64,000 nucleotides of DNA. Origin: Ramazzottius varieornatus. Taxonomy: Eukaryota > Animalia > Tardigrada. This document shows positions 50,402 to 64,000 of this stretch, in pieces (positions within the stretch are counted from its first letter, which is position 1; every line of letters starts with the position of its first letter). The notes beneath the pieces are model-generated. The model ran no database searches. It worked only from the letters and a program-made list of their open reading frames with translations, and was not told where the DNA came from. The translations under genes were made by a program, and so were the position numbers. The stretch lies in the NCBI GenBank assembly GCA_001949185.1, contig BDGG01000016.1, positions 496,001-560,000 of the forward strand, read 5' to 3'.

Positions 50402-51149
50402 ATGTCTAGACCTTTAAACTATTTGGGTACAGTGTCCTCCTTGCAAAATATCGTGGAAAATTTGGAAGTGTCACTTGATAAGACACGGACGGAAGAAGGT
50501 AAGTTGCCTGTTACGCTGATGAATATTAATTTCGGCACAGGTTACGAAATTTATATTTTCTTTTTCCCCACAGAAAATGAGTGGAAGGTCAGATACGATG
50601 TGCATATGAGATACAAACGATGCCTTGAAATGAGGATGCATCGTTCGCAAGAGCGCGTCAAACGGATGAGAGAGGCTCTCCGAGATGGCGGACTGGAATA
50701 TCACCGCGATTTCCGAATGAGCACGGAGCATTCTTTGGCAAGACTACTGTATTCACTGGAGACGGAACAAAAAGAAAAATTGATCGAACTGGAACGGAAA
50801 GAAGCCTTGTTGGAACGCGAGTCCGTGGTGAGTGGGTAAAAACTTTGATCATGTTTCCGGGCGGTTCACGCAACTGGTAAATTACATTTCAATATGAAAT
50901 CCAATCGAACCCAAGCATGGGTTTCCAGTGTTTGGGTACTTTTCTAAAGTTTTTTTTTTCACAACAATCTTGTTTGAGTCTACGTTTTCGTCTGGACAGC
51001 TACTCAAAGAAGAAAGACATCGTCGTCGGTTGATGCAACAAGAACTGGACACCCTGAAGACCGGTTTCAATGACGCTTTCTGGACGAACCCGGAACCGAA
51101 CGAGGATGCACGAGAGATTCTGAAAGAGAAACTGTATCCGTTGTTCTGA
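50402..51149 (+). CDS. Uncharacterised small coiled-coil protein, ~3 exons
   Basis: GT-AG sites (gtaag ~50499, cacag ~50573, gtgagt ~50828, gacag ~50999) join charged heptad-rich exons (ENEWKVRYD..EQKEKLIELERKEALLERE..LLKEERHRRRLMQQELDTLK). Confidence 0.6.
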
Positions 51150-52003
51150 GCCTTCCTAATATCTTAACCATGCCAAGATCAGCACGATGTATCATTCAGG
51201 CTGTGCTTTTCAGAGATGAGGCTGTTGACGAAGTGCTAAACGACGTCGATTCCGAGGCAGCAACTCCTCGACAACGAAGGTCTCGCCGCAAACGGCGATC
51301 TGACAGCCGGTGATACGAAGCAGAGTAACGCGCAGTCTCACACATTCCCATACCATCGTTCTTTTTGGTTCGCTGTGTGAATTTGCCGCTGGTTTCACTC
51401 TGTAATCAACTCATGCTTTCTCGAGCTACCGCTTGCTCATTCCTCAGCTGTTACTCCAACATTACTCCTATCTCTCATGCGAAGTTACGAATGTGTGCAG
51501 TATACCTACCTTCAATATTGAATGTCAATCTTTGTAGTCACATCACACATACCGGCACTAATCGTTAGATAAAGCTGCACCATAAGTGGGAATATATTCT
51601 GTGTGGTGTAAGAATATTGTGGTTCTTATCGGTCAAAGGGCGAACCATCCACGTGATATCGTGATGAACCTCCGCTGTTTGAATGCAGTGCTTATCACAG
51701 CAGGTGCGCCTATCAGTGATGGCTCATCGTCATTGCTCACCTGTCGATGTTGGCGTGAGTCCTTCGAACAGTTCCAGCTACGCACCAGTTGCTCTGATAT
51801 CAGCGTAGACCAGTTCGCCTGTCGACTCTATACAAGATTTTCCCCTTTTCGAATCGGTTTTTCTGAACTAGCGTTGTTTTACAGTTCTTTGAATTCGCTG
51901 TTTAAACGCATCTCTGAAATCGCACTTCTTGATTCTTGGGAAAACTGCCAAAGACTCATTAAGAACTTGATGGAACTATGATGTAGCTGAAAGAAGGGAA
52001 AGG

Positions 52004-52885
52004 ATGGCGTACAGAAAGTATACAAGCTCTTCGGTACTGTCGTGTACTGGAACCGTTACCATCATTTTCGGAGTTCTCAGCATCCTATGGCAGATTGCCG
52101 GTAAGTTTTTGCATATACCTATAGCGCCATTCCACAGTACACTGTCTTGGTCTCTGGTAAAGTATAAAAAGGTTCCGTAGTGAATGCCGTGACGCCGTCA
52201 GTGCACTGAGTAACCACAGTCCCGAAGAATTTCCATTGAGGGCGCCACTTGGTTGATCAGCAAACACTGAGCAAAGTATACGAGTATCCCTAAGATATCA
52301 ACTTTGTATTGATTCTGCAAAATGGCCGAGCGCGATAGCTCGCTCCTGACTACCTCAAAATTACATGATAATGTTTTCGCTCACGCAGAGTTGGTAATCA
52401 CTGAAGACTCGTACATGTTCGAGACCGTCCTCCGTTATACCTATGCATTCCGCGCAGCACCGGGTCTTTGGGCGGGTCTCTTTAACGTCTTCACCGGTTC
52501 ACTGGCCATCTTTGCCGCTCGAAGGATAGCGTGGCGAAGGATCGCTCCTGACTATGTTCCCGACACTGTACCGCAGGTCTTCGAGATGGTGGCAGGCTTC
52601 GGCATCTTCACCTGCATTCTCGACTTTACCTTAATTCTCATCCACATCTATATCCTGATTGTTCTTCGGAGAGTTCGCGATTACGAATACGGGTACTACT
52701 CCCATACTGCCAACATGAATATCATCTTCCTGACTGTCCTATCCGCGCTGTTGGTCACTGGCGGCTGCGTGAACATTATTCTCAATATGATAGCTGCCTT
52801 GGTCGCGTGCTGGGAGATGAAAGCGGAAAGAAAACTGATAGCTGGAGAAACCTACATAGAAGTTCAGAAGCAGTACTTCAAGTAA
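52004..52885 (+). CDS. Four-transmembrane MS4A/CD20-like protein, 2 exons
   Basis: Exon 1 TM (VTIIFGVLSILWQIA) ends at a gtaag donor, with the acceptor at ~52388. TM2 APGLWAGLFNVFTGSLAIFA resembles the MS4A P.W.G...I.GSL.I motif. Two further hydrophobic helices follow. Confidence 0.6.
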
Positions 52886-53037
52886 CCAGGAATTGTATCT
52901 GTACAACCTTATTATTAAACGCTGTCTCTCGTTGGCTGCAAGAACACTGTGCATTTGCATCTCAATCGAAAAAGGAGGCTCGAGCTCCGCATGGTGAAGC
53001 GGAAAGCCTTGACGGTTATGTAGGTCGATTTTGCTCA

Positions 53038-55160
<2,123 letters not shown>

Positions 55161-57885
55161 GTACAATGGGCTAGAAACCCTTGGACCCGCAGAACGCAGT
55201 TGAACGACTGGATGAAGATTTTTTATCAGCTGATAGAGCAGAGTATGGCCTTGTTTATACAGTACATATTGAACTTCGAGAACCCGTCTGAAACAGTCAT
55301 GAGCTAGGTTTCGGCTTGCCTGGAGTAAATCAAATCCCATGCGATTGCATATACCGAAGCGAGGAAAGTTTGCTGCACCTTTTGAAACTGTGAACCTCAG
55401 CGGCAATATAGCTGTACAACCGTGTTCTTCATATACAAATTTATTCCTACAGACAATTCATTATGCCGAATGTCCAACATTTGCAGTAATAGACGTGTTC
55501 CGCAAGTCACGTATCGGCTCTGAATAGAATAAAATCTCATGATTTTATACTCTGTCAGTTTCTGTGCAGAAACCGTTTCGCGGTTTGCTCACTTCCGGCA
55601 CAGAATATTAGCATACAGGGATATTAGGCCACGCGGGTTCAGCAGGGTATCGGAATTCGCGGGGCCTATCATTTAGCCCTCTACTAGATAACGCCCGGAC
55701 TTCTTTCGCTTTTTCTGGTGATAGTTTCGGGAAGACAATTATCTCTTCCTGACTTCAATGCTAGTTTCGGTCGAAAACATGATGGATTTCGAGAAGGAAC
55801 GAGAGCGGAAGTCAAGTGGCGCAATGTGGAAGAGGCGTGTAGCTCGGATCACTTGACGCGCCAAGTCCAATTCGCTGATTGGTCTGATCACGGTCCACTC
55901 CACCAAAATTTCAAATTTCGATCAAAGTGGTCAATAGTACAATCAACTCAGCTTGCACAGAATTTGAAATTCTATGCAGCGATATTAGGCAAAACATATG
56001 CCGTGGATAACTGCACAGCATAAAACCTATACTTATGCTGTGCAAGCCGAAAACATGACTTGCGAAACAGGTCCAATATCTTATTCGAATATTATTAGCA
56101 AGCACGGAGAAAGGTGTCGTCACCCCGTACCTAACCTAGGCATATCGCGCAGTTCTTCCACGACCACAATATCACCACCGACGGTCCATCTTTCCCTGCC
56201 ACCGCGTGGAACCATTTATTTCTAGCTCATGCCAGCCTGCCAGGTGGGTAACACCTTCGATCGTATAAGGTATTAACTGAATCTCACTGCATGCGGCGGT
56301 TTTCCACAAAGCCTTCTTCTCATCCAGTGAATCGCAAAATTAATGGACGTTCCAGAAAAGAATGCCGTCCTTGTACCTTGCCAACTCGATGCTCCAATAA
56401 ATCAGTGACGCAGTCTGGGTTCGCAAAGAGGAACCTCACATCATGGCACTCTGTCGCTCGTCTGCCTAGTATCCTGGCTAAAATTTGCGCTGAATTGAAA
56501 AAAGCCTGTTTTTCCAGTGGAGCTATCGACGAAGGCTGTATACGTAGCACTTCTACATGAAACTCTGAATACCGAGTTATGAGAAGTCAAATAAGATTTC
56601 TTTCAGCGAGAAGGGAGCATCTTTATCAGTGTAAAGATTCTTTATTTATCTATTTATTTATCAGTTTGGCATACACTTTGTTCCCAGGTGGAGCCACAGT
56701 CGAACTGTCGTCGCCGGCCGCAGCTTCCGTTCAGCGACATCTTTTCCATCTGAGTACTCAGGGTGTGCTTGTAATCCATCAATGTACACGCGTTGTACAA
56801 TCGTGTTGGGCAAGCATGCTCCTGTCAGACTTCAGGACGGATGACGGCGAGACCATAAACGCTTATGGTTGGTTTTACGGAAATCTAATTTTCGTGATTC
56901 GGCATATGAGAATGCGTCCAAAATATCTTCGCCCAGAAGTGGTCTTTTATGACATCAAGTCGTTTGGAATGTCGATCTGCATCGAAGGTTCAAATTTGGG
57001 TCACTTTGGGGCGGTAGTGAAAGAAGAACAATGGCTGAAAATTTCGAGATCATCAATCGAAGGACAACGGGTGTTAACAACCGACCCTGGCGTCAACGGC
57101 GCGTTCCAGCCGGAGACGCGCACCACCTAGCGCTCTCGGTGCAGCGCTGTCGGACCAAGTGTAGGGTTTGATTAGCTGATTGAAGGTAACAGCGCACACC
57201 GTATCTGACCGTTGCGGGCGGCGATTTGTGCTCTACGCAGAATTTCGACACTTTTCGACACGCGGTCAGAATCCCATTCTGACTCAAGGTCCGTGTTCCT
57301 CAGGGTCTGCTTAATATAGTCATAGGTAATGTCTGAGTCCGTCTTAAGGGCTTAGAAGCTTTAGGACGGTCTCCTGAAAAATTTGGTCAAATGCACTTTG
57401 GACGCATTCTCATATGCAGATACCCATTGTTCCATCAGTCTGAAACCTGTCTTTACTTGCGCAATGCACATGCTCACCTTCAGTTCGAACCCTGTTCTTT
57501 TACTGTGGTAGAGAGTGGACTAATTCGGCTCGACCTTTGCATCACTAACCACTAGATCGACTTTCTGGAATATCGTTTTGCATATAGATCGAGCAGCTAT
57601 GATTAATATATCGCTTCACCGATAGTAGGTCCACCGGTTCCGGTTAAAACCTTGATTACCTCTCAAAACGAACACGGGATACACCCACCAGATGCTCTAA
57701 GAGAAAAAAGTCATGGATAAAGCGTGACAAGGCGTCGGAATGCTGCACCGGTCGGAAATATTGATAGGAGCACTCGTTGTTTGCATCAGTTAAACACTTG
57801 GCTTGTTGGCCGGTTTCGAACTCCTCGTGGTCCTCGGAAAAGAAAGTCACTAAAAAGCACGCTGTGCCACATTATGTGTTTTGTG

Positions 57886-58336
57886 CACGCACGGCGGGTA
57901 ATTATAGGACAGTAAAAATTATGGTACAGGCGGAAAGGACGGCGAATTTACATCCTGAATACGAGCCAGAAATGAAAATCGAGCCCATGACGTAACGCAG
58001 TGAAATTTAACCGTAGAAAATTGTCATCAACAGTGCCCGTCAGCCGATCAGCTGTTTGACTTTTGGGCCTCGAGGCTGCGGATTCTTCATTATTTTCATC
58101 CAGAAACGCTCTCGAATCCACAACGCTCCTGTAAACGTTCTTCCATAATATCCCAACTCTTCAAGACCAATCGACCTCGACAGTACACCGAGAAAGCCTT
58201 GAAGAACGCGCTTTCTGCTATTCAGCACGTACGTACAGCAAAGCAGCCTTCAGTGCCGGTTTTCGCTTGTAGTAAGAATCACCTGCCCGTGCCGCCGTAG
58301 CGAAAAGGCCTGTCCCATAATTACCCGCCGCGCATG
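57886..58336. mobile_element. CACG-terminus MITE (longer copy)
   Basis: TIR CACGCACGGCGGGTAATTATAGGACAG / CTGTCCCATAATTACCCGCCGCGCATG. Shares subterminal sequence with the 59389 copy. Confidence 0.75.
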
Positions 58337-59388
58337 TACTGCGCAAGGGCATGCAGATCGATGATAACAAGTGCAATGTCACCAGCGGATGATATTCGCA
58401 GTACTGCTTGACAAAAATGGCACAAAAGGCCCGAGCGGATGTGGTATAGTTGGTAATCACAATGAAAAGCTAAGGACGCATATTAGTGACCTCGGCCGTT
58501 ATTACCTGATGCAGGTAAGCGCATCGTGTTTGACGGATTGTGGTCAATTGGGCATGAAACCCAATCAAACCTTCAACGAGATGAATACGTGGCCGCCTAG
58601 ACCTTTTATTAGCGATGGACAATTATACCAGTAATTTCCGGAGTCGTCGGACAAAAACAAGGTCTAATTGTTGGTTAATCTTCACCGAATAAATCACTGC
58701 AAAAACCTCTCGTAGGACTCAATGGAGTTGCACAAAGTGCATACAAAAGCTTCGATGAATGATGCAAATGGGTGACAAAACGAAGAGTGCATGAAGCCAT
58801 TAGGTTGAAGTTTTCTTTGGTCATTCGCCTCGAGTGATTTCCGTCATGCTGTGGAGGATGAGGAAGTTTGCTTTGTGGACGGCGACACAGACGGTCGTAT
58901 GCATTAAAGTCTGGAGAAAAGGCATTAAGTGCTCATGCAGCTAGTGGTGCGAAAAGAGCTTTGTCGACCACCGGAAGCTCACTGTGCGTCTTTCAGCAAC
59001 AACCAAGCAAATCAGCACACAATTAATTTCGATCACTACACCATGATCTGCATGGCTAGTCAACATTAGCCTAAGTACCCTCACTATCCGCTCCCTAATC
59101 CAGTCGATACTGTCAGTCGCATCTAATCTGCGTGTCAGTCACAGCTTTTTCGTATTTTCAAAAATGTCTTCAAGACTGGACTTTGACGGCTCCATGAGTC
59201 CTGAGACCATGCAGATAGGAGAGCCTGAAAGTCCGGTTCGAAATCCACAAGACTTTCAAAGAGTCCGTTCAATATCTTTTACAGCAATTCTTAGAGTCAG
59301 CGAGACGATATCTGTGCAAAGTTTAGCCCGTTGTCATTGTTCAGACGGTTGTACTGACAGTGGCTGCTATCCCTATGCGAATATCGTA

Positions 59389-59567
59389 CACGTATGATGG
59401 GAAATTATAGGACATAAAAACTATGAGACAGGCGGAAAGGATGGCAAAATGAAAATTCGTCCGTAGAAAGTTGTCGAAAAGTGTATTACTGTGAATCGGT
59501 CACGTACGTACGTCCTCCCGTACCGCCGCAGCGAAAAGGCCTGTCCCATAATTTCCCATCGTGCGTG
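59389..59567. mobile_element. CACG-terminus MITE (179 bp) with TA target duplication
   Basis: TA-CACGTATGATGGGAAATTATAGGACA..TGTCCCATAATTTCCCATCGTGCGTG-TA. Confidence 0.8.
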
Positions 59568-61824
59568 TACTTCGAACTACCGATCAAGTGGGAGTANAGC
59601 CTCACGCATGAAACACTTCTCTTCAGATGTCGAAAATAAACAAAGAGTTAGAAAATTACAGAACGTTAAATCGAGAAAATATCAGTTGGAACTTGGAAGG
59701 TTCAAACACTTGGACCCTATGTCTTCCACACGGGATTAAGTTTGCTCATGCTGAGTGTGGTCAGCTGTTTAGTTATACAGTCGAAGCTCCGCCCCGATCA
59801 GTCAATGTATTATCAACAATCAATCTAACCTCAACGGTGAAGCGAGCTGAAATAAAAGTTATAAAAGTGGAAATAAAACTCAGTTGTATTTCGGAGCTGT
59901 ATTTCCGCTTTCCCTCGCTAGAAAATGTCTGCACCATGGCTTTCCTTCTTGAACGTCCTGTTTCGGATATTTCATAGAGCGTACCTCCAATTTCAGAAGG
60001 ATTTCAAGAGGAGACCAGGACCGTATTTCGNNNNNNNNNNNNNNNNNNNNNNNNNNNNNNNNNNNNNNNNNNNNNNNNNNCTCCCCGGACCGAGGGTGAG
60101 ATGTCTGGTAATCGTGTATTTCACTCCAATTTGTATTTTGTACCTCAAACCAAATATTTCACTCACGGTCCGGGGGGTCTTTTTACACGGGTCCGGACCA
60201 ATGTTGTCCCACTCGATCGGTAGTTCGAAGTAGACGATATGTGACCAGAAGGTAGTCACAGGCTGGCGATCGATTTCGAAGTAATTTGGATGTGGTGTGG
60301 TGGGAAGAACTGACAAACGTTATTTGAGACACTCACGGCAGTGCTTGCTAGAAGCCCAACGTCAGCTGGCATCTAAAACGAGAGTCATAGATGAAGCCGG
60401 GCATGGGCGTGGCGGGGATGGGAGCAAATCCTTGGCGGCAATGCACGTCGAATCTTTGGGGAATGAAGTTTACATAAGCTGTTGTCAAAGACGACGTGCA
60501 TTAGCATTGATGTAACAAGGCGGACATTGGGTAATTGAAGCATGATTAATAATCAAATGGACACTTATGTAAATGGTTATCGCAAGTAATGGCTTCCTGT
60601 AGAGCGAAGAGGGAGAAGGGATAAAAGAATTCGTTAGCGATGCACTAATCGAAGCATGTTTGAAAACAGTCACATTATACACTTTTGACGAATCATCCAA
60701 GACAGATGTGTTAATCTACTTTCAATAGCAAACGTGATTCAAATTGACAATGTTGATGACGGCAAATCACGGTGGGATACATGTCCTCCTCTCTTGATCC
60801 TTCTTCCGGCTTAGCGGCGGAGACGGGTGAGCTATCCCAACAACACATGTGCGGCTCTTCCCATCTAATCAACCATACATCCACTTCACTTTGCATCTTC
60901 TTCCGCGCGGCCGTTAACGCTCTTCAAGCGGCAAATGACTTTTTACTCACTCAAATATCTGTCACAAACAGCCTCTTTTTCCTTGCTCTGCACCCTCGTT
61001 CCAAAAGCTTGGAACCTTGAATCCTCGCTGAATAGGGGAATTTGTGCGGCGAAAGTAACGGTGGATTGGGCCCCTGACGCCATGCGCAGCCTAGTAGGAA
61101 CTGGCCACTGTTGGAAAATTGCGGGTAAGTGCTGGCTTGAGGAGTACTGATGGTGATACAGCCGAGGAAGACTCTGGATGGCACATCAGGGAAGAAAGAG
61201 AGCGTAAGAGCGGTGTCGGTTGAGCGGCATAAATGAATGTGATGGAGCGCTGTAGCGACAGTCAGAGGCATTTTGTGGTGGCGGCCTGTATAAGCAAACG
61301 CTGCTTGACTTGCATTATGGGCGGAGGAGGTCCATACGACTCTCGGTCATAATGGAAACAAATCGCAATGGCCATGTCACGCGTTGAGCGAATAATCAGC
61401 GGCCAAAAGGAACGACGGCTCTCAAAGTGCAGCCTCTTGACAAATTACACAGACCGCATTTCAACCGGCATTAACATGCATTAACAATACCGTATATGCG
61501 ATGCACCAAGGGTTGTGCACGACATGCATCGCCGACTACGATATAGAGAACGCTCTTTTTCACGTAAATTATTGCTTCTTTACTCTTTAATCGGGCCATT
61601 ATAGCTCCTCGGCTCCATCGGTCTTTTTACTTTCTTTTCAACCCATAGCTCTTATTTTTCCATCGCTTTTCATATCAAAGCCGCCACTCGACAGTTATCA
61701 TCGCTCATTGCTCGCTCAATGCGACACGAGAATTCCTTCGCTCTTCGTGACCTTTTCCGTCCCCGTTCCCTTCCCTTCAATTCCAAAGGCCGCGCGTTCG
61801 CTCCTCCACTGAAGAACTACTTTG

Positions 61825-63815
<1,991 letters not shown>

Positions 63816-64000
63816 GTTGGTCCTTTTTGTCGTTCTTATCAATTGGGACGTCGGCAAACGATCGTCATCTCAAGTGCGCACGAGCGCATTGTTGTTGGCT
63901 GAAAATGTGCGTCACTTGGGGAAATAATGACGCCCAAGTTTGCCCATGTCGGAGCCGCAGTCTAATTTTTAGTTTTCAAAACACGATTTCGTGTATTTTT

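Noticed and set aside
59990-60210. GGACC/GGTCC-rich inverted segments around the 60031-60080 gap
   Set aside because: Probably a small repeat element, but the gap prevents defining termini or a TSD.

Overview
Eukaryotic animal genomic DNA with compact genes and many short GT-AG introns. This architecture resembles a compact invertebrate such as a tardigrade, but that is inference and the organism was not verified. From 1-29 kb lies a dense conserved-gene block: GPCPD1, MRPL12, a RING-bearing brat/NCL-1 TRIM-NHL gene with a ~7 kb non-coding upstream region, ETFDH, VPS37A, a small thyroglobulin-type-1 protein and RARS1. From 29.4-42.1 kb lies a transposon island. It holds an apparently autonomous hAT element (TIRs, 8-bp TSD, BED finger, internal assembly gap) nested in a non-autonomous hAT, a decayed CRE-type RLE retrotransposon and several MITEs. 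It also holds a ~5 kb segment bounded by ~200-bp inverted repeats that carries a spliced, divergent HP1-like (chromo + chromo-shadow) gene. From 42-64 kb lie a Thr-rich mucin-like membrane protein with an unfamiliar 10-Cys module, PRMT7, an ornithine-type SLC25 carrier, an orphan coiled-coil gene, an MS4A-like tetraspan gene, a receptor tyrosine kinase with a decayed-looking ectodomain, MITEs and a BarH-like homeobox gene with an atypical helix 3. Exon boundaries were read by eye and are approximate, and no database searches were run.
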